Part shown: positions 8,631 to 18,385 of the stretch, piece after piece | Numbering within the stretch: the stretch's first letter is position 1 | Layout of the letters: every line of letters begins with the position of its first letter | NCBI GenBank assembly: GCA_965222115.1 | Contig: CBDCTJ010000007.1 | Coordinates: forward strand, 1 to 64,000 | Direction of reading: 5' to 3' | Origin: Planctomycetota bacterium | Lineage (GTDB): Bacteria; Planctomycetota; PLA2; JAEUHO01 | DNA length: 64,000 nucleotides | Translations under genes and position numbers: made by a program | Notes under the pieces: generated by a model | The model's database searches: none | The model's input: the letters and a program-made list of their open reading frames with translations, nothing else | Told to the model about the DNA's origin: nothing

Positions 8631-11600
8631 TTATGAGCAGCCGGAGGTGGCGCCGCAAGTCTCGCACTTGGTACACGATCCGTTACGCACCATCGTAAAC
8701 GAACCGCAATCGGTACACGCATCACCCGTATACCCCTGCAAACGCGCGCGCTCTTCCCGCGACATATCGCGCACGGCACGCGGCGACGCGCTGGAACGTG
8801 ACGTGAATCGGGGAGCAAAGGTCGGTGTCGACGCCGCCTCTTGCACAAACGAGGAGGCATCGGCTTCCTGCTCCAACACGTCGGCGCTGGTAACTCGGTC
8901 CTGCACCGCCATAGAAGACATGGAACCGTCGCTCGCTGCGGAAATTGCTACATCGGCGGCGAGCATCTCGGTGGCGCCATTCCCACAGCTCGTGCCATTG
9001 CCTGAGCCATTCCCCGCGCTAGCGGACTGAGACCTCGCCTGTGAACTTCTTGATTGTGAATTTAACGAGGGCGGCGTTGGTGCAACGCCGGGCGACACGG
9101 AATACCCTCGCTCGGCAGGCATTGAGCCATCGCCATGTGACGAGCCATCGCCATGTGACGAGCCATCGCCATGTGACGAGCCATCGCCATGTGACGACCC
9201 GGAAGACCCATTGCTACGGGATCGATCCAAACCACTGCTAGCCGGATGCATCTGTTGTTGCGAGAACACGCCGCGCGGCTGGCTCGACGACGGCCTCTCC
9301 GCCGCGGACTCATCGGAACGTACCGCATCGGGCTCGAGATCTTCAGACGTGACCTGCGAAAGATCGCGGCGATCCAAATAGGTGATCGCCAACTCCCGGA
9401 AGACGTAGTCGATCATGGACGTGGTCATCTTGATGCGATCGTTGCCCGATACTATGCCGTTGGGCTCAAAGCGCGTGAAGCAGAATGCATCGGTAAACTC
9501 GTCGAGCGGAACGCCGTATTGCAAACCGAGCGAAACAGCAATGGCGAAGCAGTTCATCAGGCTGCGGAAGGCCGCGCCCTCTTTGTGCATATCGATAAAG
9601 ATTTCGCCGAGCGTGCCGTCTTGGTACTCGCCAGTGCGCAAATACACCTTGTGCCCGCCAATCATAGCTTTCTGCGTATACCCTCCGCGACGCTGCGGCA
9701 AACGACGACGCTTACTCAAATAGCGCGTGACCACACGTTCGGTCGCCTCGGCCGCCACAGCCCTAATTGCATCTGCTGTAGATACGAATGTATCCGCTGT
9801 ACTCGGTACGGAGTCGCCTGCATCTGTGGCCGACGCATCCGATGCTTGCGTTTCTGGCGAGCCAGAGCGATCCAACTCGGCCTCCAGATCGTCGAGTTCA
9901 CCCACCGCCGAGCTAAGCGGCTGACTGAGCTTGCTGCCATCGCGATAGAGCGCCAGCGCCTTAATCATGAGTTTCCAAGACGCCGCGTAGGCCTCGCACA
10001 CGCCTTCCACCGTGGCCTCATGTGGCATATTGATGGTCTTGCTGATGGCACCCGAAATGAACGGTTGCGCCGCGGCCATTTGGCGAATGTGGCCCATGTG
10101 CGCAATGAAGCGCTTGCCATAACGACCGCAGCGATTGGCGCAATCAAAGACGGCCAAGTGCTCGTCTTTGAGGTGAGGCGCGCCTTCGATCGTCATGGTG
10201 CCGCAAATGTGATCGTTGGCGGCTTGCACCTGCTCGCTGTCAAAGCCCAAGTGATCGAGCAAATCAAACGATGGATCTTCGTAGACCACCTTTGGCAATC
10301 CCAACGTGGTGCCCAAGAACTCCTCACCCAGCGTCCACCGGTTGAATACGAATGAAATGTCGAATGCGGAGGGCAGTTGCTTTTGAATCTTGTCAATCGT
10401 CTTGTCGTCAAAGCCCTTCACGCGCAACGTGACATCGTTGATATGGGGCGCACCGTGAAGATCGCCGGTGCCCTTGATGTAGTGCACGATGTCGCCAACT
10501 TCGGTCTCGCTGTACCCCAACGCCGTGAGGGCGCGCGGCACCGAGCGATTGATAATGCGGAAATAGCCACCACCCGCGAGCTTCTTGAACTTCACCAATG
10601 CAAAATCGGGCTCAATACCGGTGGTGTCGCAGTCCATGACGAGGCCGATGGTGCCGGTGGGCGCCAACACGGTGGTTTGCGCATTGCGGTAGCCGTGCTT
10701 TTCGCCAAGCGACAACGCGCGGTCCCAAGCCTTCTTTGCACGCTTCAGCATGTACTTCGGGCACACGGATGGATCGATGCCCATGGGCGTAACGCTCAGT
10801 CCTTCGTATTCGGCATCCGATACATCGTAGGCCGCGCGGCGATGGTTGCGGATGACGCGCAACATGGACTCACGGTTGCGCTCGTAGGCCGGGAAGGGGC
10901 CCAACTCGTTGGCCATCTCTGCTGATGTGGCATACGACTGGCCACACAGCATGGACGTAATCGCGCCCGTCCACGCATTGCCTTCCTTGGAATCGTACGG
11001 AATGCCCATACGCATTAACAACGATCCGAGATTGGCATAGCCCAACCCGAGCGTGCGGAAGTCGTAGGAACGCTTCGCAATATTCTTGCTGGGGAACTGG
11101 GCCATCAAGACGGAGATCTCAAGCACGGTGGTCCAAATGCGTACCGCGTGCTCAAAATCGTCGACCTGGAACGTGCCCGTGGCGTCGTCGTAGAAACGCA
11201 CAAGATTCAAACTGGCCAAGTTGCAGGCCGTGTCGTCCAGGAACATGTACTCGGAACACGGATTGGACGCGTGAATGCGCCCGTCGGCCGGACATGTGTG
11301 CCACTCGTTGATGGTGGAATCAAATTGCACGCCCGGGTCGGCGCAAGACCACGCACTAAACGCAATACGCTGCCAGAGATCGCGCGCGTCAACGGTCTTG
11401 GACACGACCCCATCCGAACGGCGCAACAAATCCCACGGTCCGTCATTCTCAACGGCCTTCATGAACCGATTGGAAAGGCGAACGGAGTTGTTGGAGTTCT
11501 GTCCCGACACCGTAACGTAGGACTCGCTATCCCAATCGGTGGTGTAGGTGGGCACTTCGATGCCCGTAAAACCCTGCTGCGCGAGCGCAATGCAGCGCGA

Positions 11601-12632
11601 AACATAGTTGCTGGGAATGCATGCTTCCCGCGCGGCCAACGCCGCGGCACGCAAACGCTTGTTTTTGCGTACATTGAAACGCGCGTCGGCGTCGGGCCAC
11701 TCATTGCACGCGTCGAAGATGCCTTGGAGGCATCGCTGCATGGCGGTGGAACCGGCCACCAATGCGGCGACCTTTTGTTCTTCATTGACCTTCCAGTCGA
11801 TGAACGCTTCCACATCCGGATGATCGATGTCGAGACACACCATCTTCGCCGCGCGGCGCGTGGTGCCTCCCGACTTGATGGCGCCCGCCGCGCGATCGCC
11901 AATTTTCAAAAACGACATGAGCCCTGACGACTTGCCGCCTCCCGACAACGGTTCGCCCTCGCCACGAATGCGGCTGAAATTGCTGCCCGTGCCTGAGCCG
12001 TATTTAAAGAGGCGCGCCTCGCGGACCCAGAGATCCATGATGCCGTTCTCGTTGACCAAATCATCTTCGACGCGCTGAATGAAGCAGGCGTGGGGTTGCG
12101 GGCGTTCGTAGGCCGACTTGCTCTTGCGCACGCGACCCGTTTCGGGATCTACGTAGCTGTGACCCTGGGCGGGGCCGTCGATGCCATACGCAAAGTGGAG
12201 ACCCGTGTTGAACCACTGAGGGCTATTGGGCGCACAGCGCTGATCTGCCAGCATGCGGCAGAGTTCGTCATAAAAGGCCTTGGCATCGCTGTCGCGATCG
12301 AAGTAGCCGTAGCGCTTCCCCCAATCGGTCCAGCATCCGGCCAGGCGATGAAAGACCTGACGCGCGTCATGTTCGCCACCGAGGACGGGCTGACCGTCAT
12401 CATCTAGTAGCGGTTTACCTTTTTCACTTACTTGGGGGACACCTGCGCGCCGGAAATATTTCTGAGCAAGCACGTCGGTGGCCACCGACGACCACGTGGA
12501 GGGCACGTGAACCTGATCGAGCTTGAAGATGACCGTGCCATCGGGATTGCGAATCTCAGATGCCCGCGTCTCCCAGTTAATGCCCTCATACGGATCGCGA
12601 CCGGCAACCGTGAATCGACGTGCAAACTTCAT
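8631..12632 (-). CDS. nrdJ: Adenosylcobalamin-dependent (class II) ribonucleotide reductase
   Basis: [54 protein letters not shown]-like C-terminal region and terminal CxxC..CxxC..GCS; ATG 12632 with AGGAGG RBS. Confidence 0.97.
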   Translation of the reverse strand: MKFARRFTVAGRDPYEGINWETRASEIRNPDGTVIFKLDQVHVPSTWSSVATDVLAQKYFRRAGVPQVSEKGKPLLDDDGQPVLGGEHDARQVFHRLAGCWTDWGKRYGYFDRDSDAKAFYDELCRMLADQRCAPNSPQWFNTGLHFAYGIDGPAQGHSYVDPETGRVRKSKSAYERPQPHACFIQRVEDDLVNENGIMDLWVREARLFKYGSGTGSNFSRIRGEGEPLSGGGKSSGLMSFLKIGDRAAGAIKSGGTTRRAAKMVCLDIDHPDVEAFIDWKVNEEQKVAALVAGSTAMQRCLQGIFDACNEWPDADARFNVRKNKRLRAAALAAREACIPSNYVSRCIALAQQGFTGIEVPTYTTDWDSESYVTVSGQNSNNSVRLSNRFMKAVENDGPWDLLRRSDGVVSKTVDARDLWQRIAFSAWSCADPGVQFDSTINEWHTCPADGRIHASNPCSEYMFLDDTACNLASLNLVRFYDDATGTFQVDDFEHAVRIWTTVLEISVLMAQFPSKNIAKRSYDFRTLGLGYANLGSLLMRMGIPYDSKEGNAWTGAITSMLCGQSYATSAEMANELGPFPAYERNRESMLRVIRNHRRAAYDVSDAEYEGLSVTPMGIDPSVCPKYMLKRAKKAWDRALSLGEKHGYRNAQTTVLAPTGTIGLVMDCDTTGIEPDFALVKFKKLAGGGYFRIINRSVPRALTALGYSETEVGDIVHYIKGTGDLHGAPHINDVTLRVKGFDDKTIDKIQKQLPSAFDISFVFNRWTLGEEFLGTTLGLPKVVYEDPSFDLLDHLGFDSEQVQAANDHICGTMTIEGAPHLKDEHLAVFDCANRCGRYGKRFIAHMGHIRQMAAAQPFISGAISKTINMPHEATVEGVCEAYAASWKLMIKALALYRDGSKLSQPLSSAVGELDDLEAELDRSGSPETQASDASATDAGDSVPSTADTFVSTADAIRAVAAEATERVVTRYLSKRRRLPQRRGGYTQKAMIGGHKVYLRTGEYQDGTLGEIFIDMHKEGAAFRSLMNCFAIAVSLGLQYGVPLDEFTDAFCFTRFEPNGIVSGNDRIKMTTSMIDYVFRELAITYLDRRDLSQVTSEDLEPDAVRSDESAAERPSSSQPRGVFSQQQMHPASSGLDRSRSNGSSGSSHGDGSSHGDGSSHGDGSSHGDGSMPAERGYSVSPGVAPTPPSLNSQSRSSQARSQSASAGNGSGNGTSCGNGATEMLAADVAISAASDGSMSSMAVQDRVTSADVLEQEADASSFVQEAASTPTFAPRFTSRSSASPRAVRDMSREERARLQGYTGDACTDCGSFTMVRNGSCTKCETCGATSGCS
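9124..9197. repeat. 4 x 18-bp perfect tandem repeat encoding (SSHGDG)4 in the NrdJ linker
   Basis: GAGCCATCGCCATGTGAC repeated four times, in frame. Confidence 0.95.
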
Positions 12633-12899
12633 GCATTCCCTCCTGAATCTTCGAATCGACTCGCCGCCCAAACCCGGGCACGCGACCAATCACGCGACGA
12701 AACGGGCCATTCGAATGACGGACATCCGGGCGCACGCCGCCCCGCCGCCTGCTATGGAGTAGCTGCGGCATGACTACGGCGTGGCTCGCGCTCGGAATCC
12801 GACGCTTGAACCAAGTCAAAGCAAGGGCCGAGCTGGCCCGACTTTGAGAAACTGCCTGACTTTGAGTATTTGCCCCAGAAATGAATCTGTGACACGAAA

Positions 12900-12947
12900 C
12901 CACAACAGGTTGTGGTATCAACCCTGCCTACCTACGACATCTCGTAG
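12900..12947. promoter_or_regulatory. Tandem NrdR-box-like operators
   Basis: 16-bp imperfect palindromes CCACAACAGGTTGTGG (12900-12915) and CTACGACATCTCGTAG (12932-12947), 32 bp apart, upstream of nrdJ; fits the NrdR box consensus and spacing. Confidence 0.8.
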
Positions 12948-13279
12948 CACGACCGATTCCAATCCCGTTCAATTAAATCGAACAAATCTGGGAATCGACC
13001 CCTCGCGAAACACACGGCCCTCACGGACCTTCGCGAGACGCGCGGCCCTCGCTAAGGAGGCATCTCCAAGGAGACTCACGCAGCGCCCGGGATTTCAAGG
13101 GTGCCCGGTCTCCAGTCGCGGCCTCATCAGCGTACGCACTCGATTTCGGGCCGAGCAACGTAGCAGTGGGCGGGGACAGTCTGCGTGGGGCCACGTTTTG
13201 CGGTTGCGCGGGCGGGGGCCCCACTCCCTATGCTCTTCTCCGCGCGTGCGACCCGCCGCTGCGCACTGAGGAGACGCCC

Positions 13280-13876
13280 ATGATTGCCAGCGACAAGTGG
13301 ATTCGTGAACAGGCGCAGAAGCATCGCATGATCGACCCCTTTTGCGAGGACTTGGTGACCGAGGGCAAGATCTCGTATGGACTCTCAAGTTACGGATACG
13401 ACATCCGCGTGAGCGATCACTTCAAGATCTTCCACAATCTCAACAACACGCTGGTGGACCCCAAGGCGTTTGACCCCAAGTCCTTCATCGATCACCGGGG
13501 TGACTGCATAATTCCGCCGAATTCGTTCGTATTGGCCGAGACGGTGGAGCATTTCCGTATTCCGCGAGGCGTGCTATGCGTGTGTGTTGGCAAATCCACC
13601 TATGCGCGCTGCGGGATGATTGTGAACGTGACGCCGCTCGAGCCCGAATGGGAAGGGGTGCTCACGCTTGAAATCAGCAATACGACGCCGCTACCCGCCA
13701 AGGTGTATGCCGGCGAGGGCATCGCGCAGATTCTCTTCTTCCACGGCGACCAAGTGTGCGAAACGAGCTATCGGGATCGCAAGGGGAAGTACCAGGATCA
13801 GCCGGGGCTCACGTTGCCCAAGATTGCTGGCGCAACCGCCGATGGGCAAGCCACCGCCGCGCCAATCACCCAATAG
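13280..13876 (+). CDS. dcd: dCTP deaminase
   Basis: [50 protein letters not shown]; ATG 13280 with GAGGAG RBS. Confidence 0.96.
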   Translation: MIASDKWIREQAQKHRMIDPFCEDLVTEGKISYGLSSYGYDIRVSDHFKIFHNLNNTLVDPKAFDPKSFIDHRGDCIIPPNSFVLAETVEHFRIPRGVLCVCVGKSTYARCGMIVNVTPLEPEWEGVLTLEISNTTPLPAKVYAGEGIAQILFFHGDQVCETSYRDRKGKYQDQPGLTLPKIAGATADGQATAAPITQ

Positions 13877-14452
13877 TTGCTCTCAATCTCGGCCGACACG
13901 TGCTTACTCAAATCCACCTACTCAGATGCACCCTCTCATACGCGCCTTCTCAAGTGCGCTAAGCCCATAAAACGGGCGAAATCAACGAGTTACAGCACTT
14001 TCGCTGCATCAATCGGGTCGGCCTACGTGCCGCATAGGATCCCGCGGTCACCTGGTTTGACGGGCACTCCATGGGGACGCCGTCCTGTGCATGGCACGCC
14101 GCCCCCTGCTGGGCACGCGTCTCGAAGTGCCACTTCCGAGTACGTACGAACGCGGTGAAACGATGCGCGCACATAATGGGCTCGCATCGAAAAGTACGAA
14201 AAACGAGTTCGCAGCGCCGCCTAGCCCTCAAATTTTGCATGAACACGTGTAGCTCCCGCCTGTTAGATTCCCTCGCACATGGGCGCTATTTGCCCATGGC
14301 GACCCGTTCGCGGCGCTTCTGCGTTGCACGCGGCGTCGCGCGGAAGGGCGGCTTGTCAGAACATGTCCGCACCTTGCAGTCAGGTTCTAGTCACACATTC
14401 CACGTCCCAGAAGGAACCTGCCTCGTTGTACGGAGGTGGGTAGGAGTCCGTT

Positions 14453-14698
14453 ATGGCAGCCAGAAGAAGAAAGAAGAAGAAGGCCCGTCGAAAGAAGAAG
14501 GCGTCACGTCGTCGTTCGACCGCAGCACTTAACGTCGTTGTGGGTTCAAAGGTCAAAGAAACCATCAAGAGTTACAACGTTCGTTGCTCCGGCGACATGG
14601 TTGAAGCACTCAACGCACACGTGCACGGCATTTTGAAGCAAGCCGTCGAGCGTTGCATTGCCAACAAGCGCGGTACGGTTCGTCCGCAAGACCTCTAA
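14453..14698 (+). CDS. Bacterial histone-fold protein (short alpha3 type) with basic N-terminal tail
   Basis: Core VVVGSKVKETIKSYNVRCSGDMVEALNAHVHGILKQAVERCIANKRGTVRPQDL shows the alpha1-L1-alpha2-L2 layout and the RxTxxxxD histone signature; AGGAG RBS; own terminator. Confidence 0.9.
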   Translation: MAARRRKKKKARRKKKASRRRSTAALNVVVGSKVKETIKSYNVRCSGDMVEALNAHVHGILKQAVERCIANKRGTVRPQDL

Positions 14699-14737
14699 GC
14701 CAACGCTTTCACATAGGCCTATCCAATAGGCAAATCC

Positions 14738-14774
14738 GAAACACCGCGTGGTACGGCACGCGGTGTTTCTTTTT
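14738..14774 (+). terminator. Rho-independent terminator of the histone gene
   Basis: GAAACACCGCGTG-gtacgg-CACGCGGTGTTTC followed by TTTTT. Confidence 0.85.
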
Positions 14775-14819
14775 GTTCACCCTGCGTAATGCGTCAAAAC
14801 ACCTGGTTTCTGTCGCGCA

Positions 14820-15677
14820 TTAGGCGAGGAAGGTGGCGTCTTCACGCAATGACATTTCGAGGCCGCGCCAGAGTGACTTGACGATGGAGGGGACGTCTTT
14901 GCCTTCATAGACCACGGTACGGTCGGTGTTGCCAAGATTGCCTTCGCCCGTTTCGAGTGCACGCGCGGCCATCTGACGACGGTGATAGTCCACTTCAATC
15001 GATAGCGGTGGCTCAAGTCGAAAGGGCTTACGTTCCTTGCGTGCTTCGACGGCTTCTTTCGCGGCGACGAGGATCAGTTCCTGTGCTCGCCTGGGTGTGA
15101 GGCTTGCACACGCCGTCGCTCCAAGTGCTTTCTTCGTTTCGACAACACGCAGATCCTTGCCAAGATCGCCTTGCACTTCGCGACACAAATCGTCAGCGCC
15201 TGTAACCAGCACCACCGGTACCCCGAAGTGGCCGACAATGGCGGCGTTAAGTGTGACTTCGCCCGCGGGCACCCCCTGCAAACGAATCTCGTGCACGCGG
15301 GCGCCCACCCACGTGTGAGACAAAAGGCCGCCGGGCGTGCCCGCACGGGAATGAAAGCCAATCATGATGCAGGCGTCAAAGGTGTCGTGTTCGATGCCGG
15401 TTACCTGAATCAGCGGCTTGTTGGACGACGTGGCAGGGCCTACGACCAGTCGAGAGGCGGGGTGCAATTCATCGATGAGGAGATTTCTCATCGTTGCGTG
15501 CCCATCGTTTACCCAAACTTCCTCAGCGCCCGCTTCGACCGCTCCTTTAACGGCTGCGTTCACCTCGCCCGTAAACCAGCGGCGCGCAGCGGCGTAGTCG
15601 TTGCCTCCGGGGACCAAATGGTCTCGATGCGAGACGCCGGCCACGCCTTCCATGTCGGCCGAAATGAACACCTTCAT
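14820..15677 (-). CDS. M55-family D-aminopeptidase (DppA-like)
   Basis: MKVFISADMEGVAG, VNDGH..MRNL, GFHSRAG, LLSHT, GE..LNA, VTGADD. Confidence 0.92.
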   Translation of the reverse strand: MKVFISADMEGVAGVSHRDHLVPGGNDYAAARRWFTGEVNAAVKGAVEAGAEEVWVNDGHATMRNLLIDELHPASRLVVGPATSSNKPLIQVTGIEHDTFDACIMIGFHSRAGTPGGLLSHTWVGARVHEIRLQGVPAGEVTLNAAIVGHFGVPVVLVTGADDLCREVQGDLGKDLRVVETKKALGATACASLTPRRAQELILVAAKEAVEARKERKPFRLEPPLSIEVDYHRRQMAARALETGEGNLGNTDRTVVYEGKDVPSIVKSLWRGLEMSLREDATFLA

Positions 15678-15792
15678 GGCGATTCTCCCAGTTGCACTCT
15701 GCGGAAGCTGGAGTATCTGTACCCCCAGCCATCCGGTAGGTCACGCGCGGACCGGGCGTACCCAACTGGACCGTGCTTCTGGAGTAGGTCAC

Positions 15793-16344
15793 GTGACGCT
15801 TGAACATCAACAGGCAAAGAAGATTCTCGGCGCGTTGCGCGACTGCGCGGCGCGTTCGGAATGCCCGGTTGAACTTAGCCGCGACTTTGTGTCCACGCTT
15901 CACGATTCCCTACCCCAGGCGACGCGCATCTCGATGGAGTGGATCGAAGACGAACCTCGCACCGGCGGCGACGACGACGCCACGACATCCATTCGCCATG
16001 AGACGTCCATGGATGAATCGTCACGCGTGCGCGAGGCATTGGCGGCCCACGCAGTTCCAGCCCATCTCAAGAAGCGCGCCTTGCTCGAGAACGAAGACGT
16101 CTACGCACCCCACGCCATGGGCGATGCCGAGGGCCAGGGTAGCCATCACATCTCACCCATTCGCAAAGGGCCACGCGTAGTGGGCTTGCTTTGCCTCACC
16201 AGCAATCGCCCGCGCGCATTTAGCGCCGACGAACGCTGCGTGTTGCGTGCGGTGGCCGATTGCTTTGGCGGCCTCTTGCACGACCACGGTACGTCGCGAA
16301 CAGACGCGCAAGAGCCCGAACCGGCCACGCGCGAAAGCGAGTAA
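15793..16344 (+). CDS. Small GAF-domain protein
   Basis: SHHISPIRKGPRVVGLLCLTSNRPRAFSADERCVLRAVA is a typical GAF C-terminal half; GTG 15793 after GGAG. Confidence 0.7.
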   Translation: MTLEHQQAKKILGALRDCAARSECPVELSRDFVSTLHDSLPQATRISMEWIEDEPRTGGDDDATTSIRHETSMDESSRVREALAAHAVPAHLKKRALLENEDVYAPHAMGDAEGQGSHHISPIRKGPRVVGLLCLTSNRPRAFSADERCVLRAVADCFGGLLHDHGTSRTDAQEPEPATRESE

Positions 16345-16370
16345 GCGCGTCCCGACGTTCGTGCCGACGC

Positions 16371-18275
16371 TTACTTCTTGGAGTTGTCCAGCAGCCCGAG
16401 CACCAGTGCGTGTTCCATCAACTTGATCTTGGCAACAGCTGAATGATCGGCGGGTAGTGACGCAACGATTTCCTTAAGCAGTTCAAGCGTTGCATTGGCT
16501 CCACGAAGCACGACAGGTACGCGGAATAGGTTTGCGGCAGACTCGGCGGTGTGCTCCTTTAGATCTTCGTCACTGAAGCGTTGCATGAAACGCCCAATAG
16601 CGCCTTCCAGATTCGCCATCTCTCCGTCGTTTAGACCCACATGTTGCTTTACGGCACTCTGAACGCGCGTCGTCAAGAACTCACGCGTGCCGCCAAACAG
16701 CGGATGCACGTGCATTTGCCAGATCAATCCCGATGACATGAGATCCAATCCGCAGAGGCCACGAATACTCTCGGGGTGGACGATTTCCACCTGCTCGGGA
16801 TCGAGCAACTTATCAAGTTCATCGAAGAAATTCTGCTTGATGGTGGATTCTTGAATGCGGGCTTCAAGGGCATAGGTGATCTTGTTGCGATTCTTCTCAA
16901 ACTCATCGATACGCTCGAGATACACGTTGCCGAGTTCGGAAACTGCCTTTCGCTGATCTTCGCTAAGCGGCTTCTCCGCTGCTGTGAGCGCGGAGTCCAC
17001 CAGATTCACGTAGATGGCGGGATGAGTAAACGCGCCATTGATGCCTTTACCAGGCACGCCTGCTTTATGTGCAGACGACGCCACGTGAATCAGGTTCATA
17101 TTTAGTTCCTGAAGTTTCCTGCTAAAGGATGGATCTTGCAACAACTTCATGTTCCCAGAAGCTTTTATCATCATTGGGACCATGGCCGTATAGGCGGAGG
17201 CCGCGCTCTTCCAGTCCACTCGCGCAAACACACCCTTGTACTTGTCGTACGCGAACGCCACGTCACTGCCCCTGTCTTCGCCATCGCCCCCCATCGCCTG
17301 AATGCGCGATTTCAATGTCTCGATCTCTTTGGCCAGTGCCTGAGCCTTGGATTCGGCTTCCTTGCGAAGCGCCGTTTCATTTGACAACTTGCGCGTGACT
17401 TGCGTCACTTCGTCGTCGCCCTCGAGCGTTGGATTGCCATGCTCTTCGTTCGATTGCGGTGCAGTTAGGGACTCGTCTTCATGGTGCGTATTCGCCTGAG
17501 CCTCGTCGGTTGAGTCAGCCGAACGCTTTTGCACCTCCGTGCCCGCAAAGAATCCAATCGCACCTACGGCGGCGGCGATGGCAACTACAGATTTGATACC
17601 CACGATAGAACCTCCAATGACTTGGGCCGCGGTGGCCGCGGCAGCTACGTGAGCTCCCGCGGTCCAGGCAGCGGCACCCGAACTGGCTGTTGTGGTCACA
17701 CTCGACGCCAAGGTTGCGCCCGTCGCGATGTCCTTCCACGCGCCCGCCATCGGCACCAGCGCGAGCTCCCATCGCATCGATCGATTCGCGTATACCGCAT
17801 CGAGCATCTCAGCGAGGCGCTTACGCGCGCGGCGAAGACGCGATTCGATCGTGCGCACCGAAACGCCGGCGCGCTGCGCGATCTCGGAGGGCGAAAGCCC
17901 ATCGAAGTAGCGCAACACGATGGCCGAGCGACCCGGCTCTTCGAGCTTCGCGATGGCGGTTGCCAAGTGTCGTTGCCCTTCGGTTCGCTCGGCGATCTCC
18001 GCTGTGGACGGAAGGCGCTCGGAACGCGCCACTCGCTGGTGGCGGGCGCGGCGACGCACACGCGTGCGGATGAGCTTCTTGGCCTTGTTACGCACCACGC
18101 CGCTCAACCACGCCGACGAACGTTGTTCGCTGCGATCTTCCAGGGCAGCCACATAGGCGTCCTGCACAACGTCTTCCGCAGCAAAGCGATCGCGCACCAT
18201 GCGCTGGGCCAAGCTCAGCAATACGGCGTGGTGCTTTACGAGCACGTCCGGGGCAATGCTCTTGCGACTAGACAC
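16371..18275 (-). CDS. ECF sigma-70 factor fused to a TM helix and a long C-terminal extension
   Basis: AEDVVQDAY and WLSGVVRN (region 2); IVLRYFDGLSPSEIA..VRTIESRLRRAR (region 4); hydrophobic segment near aa 215-245, then a coiled-coil/helical domain. Confidence 0.88.
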   Translation of the reverse strand: MSSRKSIAPDVLVKHHAVLLSLAQRMVRDRFAAEDVVQDAYVAALEDRSEQRSSAWLSGVVRNKAKKLIRTRVRRRARHQRVARSERLPSTAEIAERTEGQRHLATAIAKLEEPGRSAIVLRYFDGLSPSEIAQRAGVSVRTIESRLRRARKRLAEMLDAVYANRSMRWELALVPMAGAWKDIATGATLASSVTTTASSGAAAWTAGAHVAAAATAAQVIGGSIVGIKSVVAIAAAVGAIGFFAGTEVQKRSADSTDEAQANTHHEDESLTAPQSNEEHGNPTLEGDDEVTQVTRKLSNETALRKEAESKAQALAKEIETLKSRIQAMGGDGEDRGSDVAFAYDKYKGVFARVDWKSAASAYTAMVPMMIKASGNMKLLQDPSFSRKLQELNMNLIHVASSAHKAGVPGKGINGAFTHPAIYVNLVDSALTAAEKPLSEDQRKAVSELGNVYLERIDEFEKNRNKITYALEARIQESTIKQNFFDELDKLLDPEQVEIVHPESIRGLCGLDLMSSGLIWQMHVHPLFGGTREFLTTRVQSAVKQHVGLNDGEMANLEGAIGRFMQRFSDEDLKEHTAESAANLFRVPVVLRGANATLELLKEIVASLPADHSAVAKIKLMEHALVLGLLDNSKK

Positions 18276-18385
18276 GAGTCTCGGGCTCCAAATTCGGGTG
18301 TGACTACAGTCTAGTTCCCGTGAAGCCCTGAAACCCTCCCAGCAAAAGACGAGAAATCCCGGCAGGTCGCAGAGCCGCTCAATTG

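Noticed and set aside
7913-8636. ORFs between tRNA-fMet and the nrdJ stop (7913-8290 minus, 8232-8636 plus)
   Set aside because: No recognisable motifs or RBS, atypical composition, and one runs through the hairpin repeats.
9124-9197. CRISPR-like array
   Set aside because: Head-to-tail 18-bp repeats without spacers, in frame within nrdJ.
9246-10355. Long antisense ORFs (also 11148-11927, 29636-30439, 31052-31933, 41629-42558, 46073-46837, 49424-50386, 52213-53088)
   Set aside because: Shadows of well-supported genes on the opposite strand in GC-rich DNA; no motifs.
12633-13279. Cobalamin riboswitch near the B12-dependent nrdJ
   Set aside because: I could not find the conserved B12-box elements; NrdR-like boxes explain the region better.
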